DNA from: Chrysomallon squamiferum
Lineage: Eukaryota; Animalia; Mollusca
Assembly (NCBI GenBank): GCA_012295275.1
Contig: CM022670.1
Coordinates: 6,076,001-6,140,000 of the forward strand
DNA: 64,000 nucleotides
Direction: 5' to 3'
Part shown: positions 28,244-42,500 of the stretch, in pieces
Position numbering within the stretch: position 1 is the stretch's first letter
Layout of the letters: each line of letters begins with the position of its first letter
Translations under genes and position numbers: made by a program
The notes under the pieces: generated by a model
What the model was told of the DNA's origin: nothing
Seen by the model: the letters and a program-made list of their open reading frames with translations, nothing else
Database searches by the model: none

Positions 28244-28811
28244 GTAAGTTTGTTTGACTGTAGCATACTATTAAAAAACCTGTTAATAAATCGATGATTT
28301 CGTCTGGGAATTAATATATTTAAATGTAGCGTTGTCAACAGATTCGAAATTTCATAAATTTTAAGGAATATGATCAATATCAGCAACTAATTTGAATCAT
28401 GAATATCTTGATCTTTTGGATGAGCTAACACCATGTCGCATGAATAATAGAAGAAATTATCTCAGTAACTTTTCTACATATTAAGAACTTGTTATACGAG
28501 TAATTTACAAAAGACAACCATTACAAGTCATTTGGAACTTGGGTGTTTGCACTTTGGTTGGGGTGGTTTATAAATAAAAAGATATTGTGAATCCTGATTA
28601 TATATCCTTTTTCTTTTATTTTATTATTATTTTTTTTAATGATTATATATTTATAATCTAGATTTAGTAATGACCATGTGCCACATGGCACACATTAGTA
28701 CTTGTTACTATATTCAGATATAATAATAAATAAAGTTCAGATTATTATTACTATTATTTGTTTAGTTCTGTTTTGTTTTTTTCCAGGGAATTTATTTTCA
28801 TTCAGGTAACA

Positions 28812-30468
28812 ATGGATCCAGGAAAAAAATGTGCAATCATTGAATGGGTAAGGTCCTCAAGACTAATGACTATGTATTACTGTTAAACATAAAGTATTTT
28901 TGTTGATTTAATTTTATTTTAACACTGCTTTCATTCAGTAATAATAAAGAGAATTCAATTTTACTAAACATTTATTAAAACAGATAACTATAAAAAAAAA
29001 GTAATTTATGAAACTTGGGTATTTCTACAATTTATATCTAAATGATATTTATGCTGTAGTAGTTAAAATTGATAAAAATTAAATGGAAATTGTGTTTAGT
29101 TTGAAAGAATTTTCTTTAAAAAGGATGTTATTATATATATATATATATATATATTTAAATTGATTTATTCTAGGTTAAAGCAGTACTTCCTTCTGATCTG
29201 ACTTTTGAAACCATTTTTGATCTTCAAAATGGGTTCCACATACTGCAGCTTCTAAAACTGCTGTAAGTTCTGTCTAGCTCCAAAAAATTAATATTTTAAG
29301 ATGTGAAATGAATATTACAATCTTTATTCATTAAAATACGGTTTTAAAGGTTATTAAATCAATGAAAATAGTTAAAACAAATTTAAAACACATATATATA
29401 TTTATCCAATATTTTCACACAAACCAGAACAGATTGATTACAGTTCACTTCACCACAAGTTGCAATAGCTCAATAGTTATAAAACAGTTATCAAATTAGA
29501 TAATTATTTAAAAAAAATTAAACAGAAAATATCTTTACACTGTTTATAACCAGCAGATTGTTCACATAGTTGACATGGTGTAAATATTTTTTTTCACTGA
29601 CCTGTTTATTGTTGCAGGGATCAGATACCAGATGAAGATCTGACTTGCGTCTCACAAAGAATTGATTTCATTAAGAAATGTCTGAAAGGTGAGTTTATTA
29701 TAAATTTCCTCTTAGAAATTCTTGGAAAGTAATTCCAATATAGCTCTGAATGTTCCTCCATGATTTGACCTGAATTTCTAAGCATGGTTTGTTTTCTAGA
29801 GCTGAGGAATATAAATTCTGTTTTACTGTTTTTAAGGTTATTTCCAAGTGGATTTCACTGAAGCAGGACTGATTGACTTTAGCTGTATGTTAGAATCAGG
29901 AGATTATAGTGAAAAAACAGAATTGGAGATTGCAAAGGTAAGACATAAAATTGTAATTTCTGTTTTAAATATTTCTTTATTGTCCCAGTAGTAATCTTTG
30001 GATGTACACTAATTAGTGAAAAAGGTGATCATTGTAGTGTTATTTTTGAAAAACGTTAAAATAGTGGAATCGAAAGGACTTTCTCAGAGTACTTGTAGGA
30101 GCAGTAAATTAAAAATAAAATACTGCATAGATTCATCTCACATTGTATCTCTATTTTGAGAAGTAAATTACATTGCATGAAAGAAAAGAAGATAATAATT
30201 TTTGTGAATTGATTTTGTTGTTGCAGGTTGTATTTGCTGTTCTGCTGGCAGCCAGTTATGACAACAATGCTGCTGTCTTCATCGGAGCAGCCATGAAACT
30301 AGATGAATCTGTTCAGCTGAACATTAAAGATCTTCTTGAGAGTGCAATGTCAAAAATCAACTCTAACACATCTCTGTCACCTGGTTTTGCAGATGTTCTT
30401 TCTCAACACACAGGTAAGTCATATGTACATTATTGTATTTATTATTATTATTATTATTGTTATTGTTA

Positions 30469-30514
<46 letters not shown>

Positions 30515-33500
30515 CATTATTACATTAATATTATCATGTATTATTATTATTATATTATCATCATAGTTTATCATTTTTGTTATTATAGTTGTTACCAAGT
30601 GATAAAAATTAAAATCCAGTATTATTTACAATATTTTTTAAATTATTTTTTTTAACTAAGTATTTATCTTTCAGCACATTTGTTATAGTATTATTTTATA
30701 GTGTAGTTTTCTTTGTTTCTGTTTCTCTTTTGTTAATAATTATTTTTAAACACTTTTTAAATTTTATTTTTCTATTATGAATGGCTTTTTCAAACTAAAA
30801 TCTTTCATTAACATGAACATTTTTTTTTTTTTTTTTTGCATGATAAATGCTTTTTTGATGATAAAAAGAACTAACTTCATTTTCTCAATTCTTTCTTTTT
30901 TTGCATTGCTTTTATGTGTGTTTCAAATGGAATGTGATATTTTATTGATACTAGTTACATATTAAACAAGAAAATAAGTATTAGAAACATGATGGATATA
31001 AAATTTTCCTTTAATTATTAATGACTAGCTATTTTAGCCTGAACTTTATTCTATGAATTATTTATCTATTACATTTCAACAATTTTCAAAGCAAAAAATA
31101 TTTTTTTTTAATATGAAAAGATTTAAAAATTTAAAAATAAAAGCTGATGTTAGTGTTTGAATTGTTTTTGTTTTTTTCTGTTTATTTGTGGGAAGTTTAA
31201 TTAGATTTTTTATTTCAAGTTTTATTTGCATGCTTTTTGTTTTGTGCTTAGTGTGGTGAATTAGTTTTTTTCTGTTTGCTTCTTAGACAACCAAACTCAC
31301 CACGATCCTACTCTTTTCTTTCAACTAGTAGTCAACGGCTTCCCGTCAACACCAGGTAGTGTCAACCGAATCCTTAATTCTAGCTTTAACTCAAGTACGT
31401 CTAGCTGCCTACCTCTTGTTCACTGACTTCATCTTTTTGTTTGCTTGCAATTTGTTTTTTTTTTACCTGAAGCTAACACTTCGACTAATGTTGACTTGAT
31501 TGAAAAGTACAAGTGATGATGAAACAGACTAAATACACTTTTCAAACATACTCAAGATAATAAAAAATGAAACTGATATACTTATTAATATGGCTATCTT
31601 CTGGTTATATTTTATAAGTTGCAAAGGCTTGTTATCAGACATAATCAATCACCAGGATATTTAGAAAGTGTATTTTAGGCTTTATGATTACATTATCACA
31701 GGCACACTTTAAATCTGTATAATAAAGTTTATCAACTACTGAGGTTGAAGTAAGAAATACAGGTGTTGGTGAAATTCTTTACTGAATGATTAAAGTTTCA
31801 TTATTAGTAAACAGAACTGAATGAATTATTTTCTTATATATAACAACAAATTGTCAGTTAAGTGGAAATTTCAAAGAAGTAATTTAAAGACTACTGATAT
31901 CATGTATTTAATATTAAATACTGCGATAACATTGCATTCACAAGCTACATCACTGATTTAACAAAGACAGTAGTGTAGAGAGATACAATATTCTAAATAT
32001 TTATAAATAGCAGGTTGATATGTTTATCAGCTTTCATCTATCTTTGACCCTGCTTTTAAATATTAACATGAACCCACTATATATACTTTTTTTTTATCTA
32101 CATCATCTGAGGCGTGCAAACTTTGTTTATTTAACTAGTTGTTTAAATATTCATTTTAGCACATTAGTTTTATTTTGTTTTAATGGTATATCTGAACATT
32201 TTTTGTGTTATAAAAGTATTCTTAAAGATTAATTTTGTTCACCAGTACCTTATTTTTTGTTATAAATTTTTATCAAATGAAATCTCTTTCACAAAAAATA
32301 TTGTTAAAATATTATTGTATTGTGTGAATCAGTACATCTATATAAATGACAATGTTATTTGTAATATAGCATTTAATTCAAAAAATGTATTTTAATTTCT
32401 TTCCCACAATATGCTGTTAGTTAAAATGCCATTTATCTTTAATTATAAATCTTATTCACTTGTTTTTTTCCATCTGCATATATTTAATCACCCACATAAT
32501 AAATTTATATTCTAACTGCTAATCCATTTTGCAATTTCTTTGAAGTAAATATCAATTACAGATTGATATATAAAAATAAATTACAGCTGAATAATAAATA
32601 TCTGTAATAAATATTCAATAATAAACTGGATCATGTATTTTTCATATGCTATAATGATTCTCATGTTTAAAATTAATCATGTGTCCATTTTTTATAAATA
32701 GATATGACATATTTTAATCAGTTTTGAATTTAGTGAGTACTGTCATTTGTATTTAGAAATACTATTGGTAAATTTATTGAAAACTGAAGTAAATTATGAT
32801 TTATGAGTATAACTGTTTAATGAATTATTGAGTGATATTTGATTTATGCATGTTAAATACAATAAGTATCCATTTATTTATTTATTTGTTTATTTGTTTG
32901 TTTGTTTGTTTGTTTGTTTATTTGTTTATTTGTTTATTTCAGTGAGTGAAGTAAAAACACATCAGCAGATTTCAAATTTGGTTTCCAGTCCAGGCTGGAT
33001 AGTGTCTCCTCTTAGAAATCTCAGTTTGAACCACTCACCAAAAACACCCCTAGGAGAATTCATGCAATCTCCTCAGCTTGCACAGAGGGTGAGCATCATA
33101 AAAATGTATTCTTTGTTTAGTTTTGCAATGCAGATAAATCAAGTAGACTATTACAACTGTGTTAGGTGTTTTGTTAACACAAAACGAATCAGTTAATTTT
33201 GCTAACAAAGTCTGAAATTTGACATAATTCCACACCTCATAATTATGGGGTTTTTTCCTTCAGTTTTAAAGTACATATTTTTTAATAAATTATCACTTTT
33301 TAACTGTTTATTATTGTTTTTGTTGTTGCAACAATAAGTTTTGAAAAGGGCATGTTTGAAAATATGCTAATATAAAATTAATTAAATATTCCAGATTAAT
33401 ATATGGTAATTAATAGCATTCCAATTGTTCTCTTTCTTGTAGCTTCTTGCTCGAGAAAAAGAACTTCGAGCTACGAGTGAGGTACAAATGATTTTTTTTT

Positions 33501-36500
33501 GTATATATATATACCTCTAGCCTTGGTTTAGAGTAACATGTTCACTGCATGTTCTAACATGGCTGAAATCTGTTACATATGGAAAATGACTCTAAAACTG
33601 TAACTAGTACAACTTAAACAGTGTGATTAGCTGCTTCTCATTTGCACAGTGATCAACATGTTACTTATAATAATTTTCTTACTGCTATGTTGACACTTTT
33701 CAAATTTAAATTGAAACATATCATTTAATTTGGTTATCTTTAGTATGATCATATTTAGAATGTTATTTGTTAGTCAGAATTTTTCACATTTTCAACAGTG
33801 ATTGTGCAAAACTAAATAAAACTTTTACAAATATCTTAATTGATGTTTAAATTTAAATGTCACTCTAGTTTAAAATTCTTTGCCCAACTGATTTTTGTCT
33901 TTTCTTCTGTTTGTTTTATATTCTTAGTTACTAATCCATCTTTTGTTTAAATTTTTAGATTTTTAAAAATATGCTTTTAACATGTATTGCTAATTTAGCA
34001 AATTATTTGTACTAGAGGTAGATTTCTATTTAGCAGTGCTTGCTTATAGCTCTAAAAAATAACCAATTTTTTTAAAAAGTATATTTATATATTTATTTTT
34101 ATTAATTTATCATTTATTTTTGTTATATTATTCTATATCTTTCTTTTCTTTCTTTTTTATTTTTTTAGTCAGGAATCATTTGTTGTAGAACTGATTTTTA
34201 AATGTTGACAAAAACCTGCCTTTGCTTTATTGACGTTTAAAGTATTTACATAAAAAGAAAATTCATTATGTCACTGTTACAGATTTATTTATTTATTTAT
34301 TTATTTATTCATTATTTTTTCTTCTCTAATGTGTATACAGTGTTAGTGTTATTTGTATGTATGGCAAAAATTATGTATTTCACTCCTTTCTGTGATAGAA
34401 CGTATTTTTGTGATGTACACCTAACATGCGATGAGAACATGTCAAAATCATTACTTACTAAATGTTACTGTTATTAAAAAAATCTTGTTCCAGTCATTAC
34501 TGAGACAGAAGGAACAACAGATTAAAAAACTAGAACTGGAGCTGAAGACTGAGAGTCACCTTCGTAATGACCTTGAGTGGGATCTCAAAGACCAGAATGA
34601 AAAACTGGATGAGAAAGGTTAATATTTTTTATTTGATATAGTTGAATTTAAAATATACTTATTAAAAAAAAAAGATATATTTTGTGTATATATCGTTTGT
34701 TTGTGTATGTATTAAATTCATTTAAAGCAAAATAATGAAAACACTGTAAATTGTGACTTTTTTTTACATATATTATTTTTTTAAATTCCAGTGAAATTAT
34801 TGATATATATAGGTAGGTATACATTATTTGAAAAATATTGTTTCTCAATGGGTTTCTGTTTATTTATTTGTAACAGACAATGTGATAAAGGAGTTGCAGA
34901 AAGAAGTAAAGGAGCTGAGAAGACTAAATGACAATGTTGACGAACTTGAAGTGTTGAGAACAGAAAACGAAAAATTAAAAAAACAAGTAGAGGGGTAAAT
35001 ATTTGTTTTCAAATACTCAGTTTTTTAATGTAATTTTGTCATTTGAAACTTGTAGTTTACTGCATGTTTATGTTAGAAGCACTAATTAAGGTGCAGTAAT
35101 ATGCTAGAACATTCTTTTATTTTTTTAAACTGCTTCTGATTTCTTGTAACAATATGAGGTATTGACTTCCATTCTCAAAATTAAACCATAATCACATGCT
35201 GTCTTACTACAGTGTTTATATATAATATTTTTTTAATTCTTCCTTTGTGTATAACATAGGATTAATTGTTATCTTCTGTTTTTGTCATAATTTGACACTT
35301 TGTTTCACGTATTTATGCAAGTTTTCACTGCTAGGAGTATTAACAAATGTACACATTGTTACAGGTTCAAAGAACAGTTACAAGAGACAGATATGTTAAG
35401 GTCAAGGTGTTCGGTGTTGACAACAGACAATGAGTGGTTATCAGAGGAACTCAACAAGAGCAGAGAGGAGGTTTGTCAAATACATTTTATACACTGAATT
35501 TATACATAGTAAATTTTGAGAAATACTTAGTCACTTAGAATAGTATTTGTTGAAAATACCTAATTAATTACATATGATTTAACAATGATTTGGAATATTT
35601 ATTTATTTATTTATTTATTTTTTGTTACATAATTATTTTTTGGTTTGTTTATGTATATTTATTAAGATATTTGTTTTTTAGACTAAATAGTAACCACACT
35701 TTACATTGGAGTGTGTGTAGTCCAAGTTGGAATTGTATAAAAATAAATGTTTATATAACTTGTGGCAGTAGTGATTTGATGTGTTTAGGTTAAAACACTG
35801 GAATGTGTGGAGCCTAATTTATTATTTTAAATATGTCTTTATAACGTGTTGACAACAATTAATATGATGTATTTAGATAAAGACACTGGAGTGTGTGGAG
35901 TCCAGGTTGGAGGAATATAGAAGTAAGTCCTGGACACTGGAGAGCAAGGTTGAGGAGTTGGAGAGTCAAGTGAGCTCTGTGAGAGTTGAAAACGAAGACT
36001 TGACCAACCAGTGTGTTGAAGTAAAACACCAGCTAGAGCATTTCCAACAACTCAGCACTCAGCTCAGACATGAGTTAGAGGAGAAACTGGTTTCATGTTA
36101 GTGAAATTATTTTAACACTTTGTTTGTCTTGTTTAATAAATTATCTTAGATTAATGTTTTTGATGGGATGTGAAATTTGGTTTTTTGCTTAACTATAAAT
36201 ACTGGTATTATGTATTGTTTGTGTTTTTGGTTTAACTAATTTTATGGAAGCTTAAACAAAAATAATAATAATAATATTAACAACAACAACAAATGTAATT
36301 ATTTTCTAATTTTGTTAGAACAGTTATCATAAAATATGATTGGTGGGTTTTGACCATTTACTTACACTAGAGCATATATTTTAAACTAGATGTTGGTTTT
36401 TAATTGTAACTGATAAGACACTGTTCAGTAGTACTAGCCTAAGATCCAAAAAATATTTGTTCTACCTTAGGCTGTTGTGGACAGTTCAGATAATATGTTT

Positions 36501-39500
36501 ATGTTTGTAGTTGGTGACAGCGGTATTGGTGAGTCTATGTCTGTGATAACTGACAAGAAACTGAGAGAGGTGCAAGCTGAACTGCAGGCTATAGAGGTAT
36601 TAACTGCAGTATAATGTAAATAAAACTAAGTGCAGATAGTAACTGAACAAAAAATAGATTTGTTTTTCTGTGTTGTATTTTTTAAATAATTTAAACCCAA
36701 AAAATTTATATAACCTAAATTTATTTCTTATGAAGTGTACTTGATTTTGGCAGTTAGTTTTGGTTGTTTTGATTTTTAAAACATACTTATAGAAATCTGC
36801 CTCTTTATTATTGTTTATATAATGTATTTACTTATTTCTGTTTAAGCAGACATGACTTGGGTGTATTTTGATACTTATTTCTAATCAAGAATATTAGGGG
36901 TTTGAAATGAATAGCTTTTATCATAATTCTATTTTACACTACTTCGTATTGTTTGTTTTTTTAGCAAAAATATCTAGAGGCACAGAAAGAAATTACTAGT
37001 CTTAGAGAAGAAAGAGACAAACTGAGAGAGGACAACGACACTATGAGATCTGTGAGTTTAAACCTAGTCACAGCTTGCAGAATGACTGTCAGTGTAACAT
37101 TTTCATTTTTAATTTGAATATAATATATTATCTGTACCAGTTCAGTCTACAGGTAAATCACAATGGGTGGAATGGTCAGAAGAATCAAAATAAGAGGCAC
37201 ATACATAAAAAAAAATACACCCATATATATATATATAAAATCTGGTTTTCATACTGCTAATTGTTTTTATTTTTTGTTACATTTTAGCCTACATTTTAGT
37301 TAACCACTGAAATAAAATTAAATATATCAGAAAAGGAAATGGTTTCTTTTAATTATTTATTTAATACTTAAATTTAATCATAACTTACAGAAATTGGAAC
37401 TTCTGGAACAGGACAGACTCCATTTACAAGAAAAGATCAGAGAGCAAGAAAATCAAGAAACAGAACTGACAGAGAGGTTAACTTCACTGGAGGAGACCAT
37501 GAGGTTAGAACAGGAAAAAATGGAAACACAACTCAAAGAAGAACAGGAAAAAGCAGAGAAGAAGCTCAAAAATGCACAGGAATCATTGATGTTGCAACAA
37601 GAACAAATAGTAACTCAGCTAAAAGAGGAACAGAAAACACTGAGATCAGAACAGGAGAAATTGCAGGCTCAGTTCAAAGTTGAACAGGAAAAGCTAAAAA
37701 TTGAATATAAACAGGAACAGGAAACGATGAGGTTAAAGCGTGAAAAACTGGAATCTGATTTGTTACAGCTTAATGCCCTGATAGAACAAGAACGTTCTGT
37801 TGCCAGAAGAGAGCAAGAATCTTTACAAGCTGAACTGAGCAAGTCAAAGTCTGACTGTGAAGTGCTTTTGTGTGAACACAGTGAACTGAAAACAGAGTAT
37901 GAATCTTGTAGTCAGAGACTGACTGAGGTGACCTCAGTGAATGAAAAGTTAAACACAGAGGTTGTTGAGATCAGACAGAGGAACGAGTTACTGCAAGCTG
38001 ATGTTTACGAGTCAAAGTCAGTGTGTGAATCAGTGAAGTGTGAACTCAATAATTCCATAATACAGAACGAGTCACTGAAATGTGAACTTGGTGATTCCAG
38101 AACACAAATTGAGTCAATGAAGCATGAACTTAATGATTCCAGAATACAAAATGAGTCACTGAAGTCTGAAGTTACTGAGATGAAAACACTGAATGATTCC
38201 TTACAGCATGAAGTTATTAACTTTAAAACTGAACATGAATCTCTGAAATCTGAGATTACTAATTTGAAGTCTACAAATGAATCACTTCAGGCAGAATTTA
38301 CTAACATCAAAACAGAAGGTGAGGTCCTGAAATCCGAACTCACAGAGACAAAGATACAAAATAAAACACTGCAGGTTGAGGTTACTAACTTGAAGTCGAC
38401 AGATGAAACACTGAAGTCTGAACTCTTTGAGATTAAAGCACAGAGAAATTCACTTGAAACTGATGTTACTAATCTCCAAACACAAAATAAATTATTACAA
38501 TCTGAACTGATTGATGTGAAAACACAGAATGATACACTGCTGTTTGAGCTTGCAGATTTCAGATCCATGAATGAATCATTAAATTCTGAACTCGGTGAAA
38601 TGAAAATACAAAATGAAACATTGAATACTGAATTCAATGAGCTGAAAATACACAATGAAACACTGAATACTGAACTCAGTGAGATGAAAATACACAATGA
38701 AACACTGAATTCTGAACTTGGTGAGATGAAAATACACAATGAAACACTGAATTCTGAAGTCAATGAGTTGAAAATACACAATGAAACACTGGATTCTGAA
38801 GTCAGTGAGTTGAAAATACACAATGAAACACTGAATTCTGAAGTCAATGAGTTGAAAATACACAATGAAACACTGAATTCTGAAGTCAATGAGTTGAAAA
38901 TACACAATGAAACACTGAATTCTGAAGTCAATGAGTTGAAAATACACAATGAAACACTGAATTCTGAAGTCAGTGAGTTGAAAATACACAATGAAACACT
39001 GAATTCTGAAGTCAGTGAGTTGAAAATACACAATGAAACACTGAATTCTGAAGTCAATGAGTTGAAAATACACAATGAAACACTGAATTCTGAAGTCAAT
39101 GAGTTGAAAATACACAATGAAACACTGGATTATGAAGTCAGTGAGTTGAAAATACACAATGAAACACTGAATTCTGAAGTCAGTGAGTTGAAAATACACA
39201 ATGAAACACTGGATTCTGAACTCCGTCAGATGAAAATACATAATGAAACACTGAATTCTGAACTTGGTGAGATGAAAACACACAATGATTCATTACAACA
39301 GAAGGTTACTCATTTAACCTCTGTGAATCAGTCTTTGCAGTATGATCTCACTGAATCAGCAGATACTGTTCAGTGCAGACTTGCAGAACTGAAAACTGTA
39401 AATGAATCATTGGAAAATGATCTCAATGAATCAAGAAATACAATTGAATCATTGCAGAAGGATCTCGCTGAATCTAGGAACACAAATGAGTCACTCCATA

Positions 39501-42500
39501 GCGATCTATCTGAGTCAAGGAGTACAGTTCAATCATTGCAAAATGAACTTACTGAAACAATGAATACACTTGAGTCACTGAATGGTGATCTGACTGAATC
39601 AAGGAACACAGTTGAGTCACTGCAGAATGAACTCACTGAGTCAAGGAATACAACTGAGTCACTGCATAGTGATCTGTCTGAATCAAGGAGTACAGTTGAA
39701 TCACTGAAGAGTGATCTAACTGAATCAAGGAACACAGTTGAGTCACTGCAGAATGAACTCAGTCAGTTGAGGAATACAGTTGAACAGAAGTTGAAGTCAC
39801 TGCATAGTGATCTGTCTGAATCAAGGAGTACAGTTGAATCACTGAAGAGTGATCTAACTGAATCAAGGAACACAGTTGAGTCACTGCAGAATGAACTCAG
39901 TCAGTTGAGGAATACAGTTGAATCACTGCAGAATGATCTCACTGAATCAAAGAATACAACTGAGTCACTGCATAGTGATCTGTCTGAATCAAGGAGTACA
40001 GTTGAATCACTGAAGAGTGATCTAACTGAATCAAGGAACACAGTTGAGTCACTGCAGAATGAACTCAGTCAGTTGAGGAATACAGTTGAATTATTGCAGA
40101 ATGATCTCACTGAGTCGAGGAATACAACTGAATCACTGCAGAATGAACTTAGTGAGTCAAGGAATGTAGTGGAAATACTAAAGAAAGATATTTGTGAATC
40201 AGAAAACATAAAGGAGTCATTGTGTTTTGAACTGACTCAGTTGAAGTCAGTGAATGAATCACTACAGTCTAGCGTGACTGAATCTGAGACTGGTTACAAA
40301 TCACTGCTGTGTGAACTTGCAGAGATGAAATCAGCAAAAGAGTTGATTGAGAAGACTCTAGAAAAATCAGAAACAGAAAACAAATCATTACTGAATGATG
40401 TCAATAAACTGAAGATGTTGGCAGAGTCATTAGAGCAGAAACTTGCAACGGTTACCACTGAAAATGACTCCCTGCAGAAGGATGTTGCTGAATTGAAAAA
40501 TCTGATCAAATCATTGCAGAATGATCTGAGTCAGTCACAAAATGTGATTGAATCATTTAAGTGTGATGATGCTGATTCAAGAAGTGTGATTGAAGCATTA
40601 AAGCAGCGTGATAGTGAATCAAGGAAAACAATCGAATCTTTGAACAGTGATCTTAGTGAGTCAAGAAAAGTGATTGAATCACTGGAACATGGTGATTTTG
40701 AATCAAGGACAATTATTGAAACATTGCAACATGACATTACTGAATCAAAACATGTGATAAACTCACTGCAGCATGATTTGAGAAAACAGACAGAAACAGC
40801 AGAAGAGAGATTGAAGGAGAAGCAGTCTGAAGCTGCAGCTAAAGAAGAAAATCTTCTTAAACAGATTGCTGAGATTCGGGAAGTGTTTGAAAATAAACTG
40901 AGTGAAACTGATAAATACTGGAAACTTCAGCTATCTTCAATGAAGAGTGAGTTTGACAATGCCATGTGTGAGAGGAAGGCTGAATATGAAAGCAAGTTGA
41001 TAGGTCAGCAACAGCAATTTGAAATGCGCATGTCAGCTTTGATTGAGGAGCAGGATGGTCTCTTGCTCAGTGAGAAAGCTGTGCTGGAGAAGATGATTTT
41101 TGACATGAAAGTTGCAGCAGAAAAACGAAAAGTGGAATATGAAGAAAGAGTGAGAGAGGTGCAGAGACAAGCAGAGGAACGATTGAAAGAGTTGGAGAGA
41201 CAAGCAGAGGAACAAATGAGAGAGACGGAGAGACAAGCAGAGGAACAAATGAGAGAGACGGAGAGACAAGCAGAGGAACAAATGAGAGAGACAGAGAGAC
41301 GAGTTGAAGAGAACTGTCAAGAGAAATTCTCTGTTCTTGAGAGTAAACTCAAACAGCAGATTGTTGTCCATGAAGAAATCAAAGCAGCCATGAAGCTGGA
41401 CAAGGAAAAAGCTCAGAATCTGGAGACTCGGATGAGAGAGAGAGTAAGGGAGATTGAGGAGAATGAGAAACTCCTGAGAGAGGAGAGAACTCGCAGTGAA
41501 CAATACAGACAAAAAATTTTGAATCTAGAACAGGAGATTGAGAGAAGACAGACAGATGCGACAGACATAAGCAGCCAGCACAAGGAGACAGAACAGACTG
41601 TCCATGAACTGGAGGAGAAACTGTGGCAGCAGCAGCAGGAGATGGAGAAACTAGATCTGTTAAATGAGTGTAGACTAAAAGAGATCAGTGTGCTGAAAAC
41701 TCAGTCTCACTCAGTGGAGGAGCAGCTCACTGCCCTCCAGACAGAGAAGCATCAAGCAGAGGAACAAGTGACTGCCCTCCAGCATGAGAAAAATAAACTG
41801 GAAGAAGAAAAGTCAGAGATTGAGTCAAAGAATGCGAGATTGGAGGAAGAAGTAAAAAAACTGCAAACAGACAGACAGACACTGGACACACAGGTTGTTC
41901 ACCTAAAGGACGAAGTGAGGACTCTCACAGTGAAACTGGATTCAGAGAAGAAAGTCAGTGAAGAAAAACTACAAAGTTTGAAACTGGAAATAGAAAAACT
42001 TAAAACTGAATACACGAGATCATGGGTGAGATAATTAATTATTTGTGTAATGGAGTGAAACATTTAAGTAAAAATTAAAATAGCTATGATGTTTTTATTG
42101 TTAAATGTTAGATGCTTCGTCAACATCACTTAATTATTTTCCTTTATGACTATTCATTATTTATAATTATTATATTATTATAATTAGTTTTTAAAATCTA
42201 AATATTGTTGATGTAAAATGATTATTTTACATTTGTACATGTTAAAACTTTTATTGTACAGGAAAGTGCAAAGCAGTCAAGTACAGAGACAATGACAAAA
42301 TATGAAGCAGAAATTGTCAGTCTACGCCAGCAGGTATTTCATGTGTACTATAGTTAAAATTTAACTTTTAATTAGTTGTAATTTATTTGAAATCTTTTTT
42401 CTAGTTGTCTTCTAATGTGAATTAGTTTATAAATGATAAAGAGGTCTTTAATATTCCATTTTATAAAAACAAAAAAACAAGTATCAAAGCACCAAACTAA

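Noticed and set aside
38287-41512. Long antisense ORFs over the NuMA giant exon, and similar ones over SLX4 exons
   Set aside because: Shadow ORFs produced by repetitive, biased coding sequence on the opposite strand.
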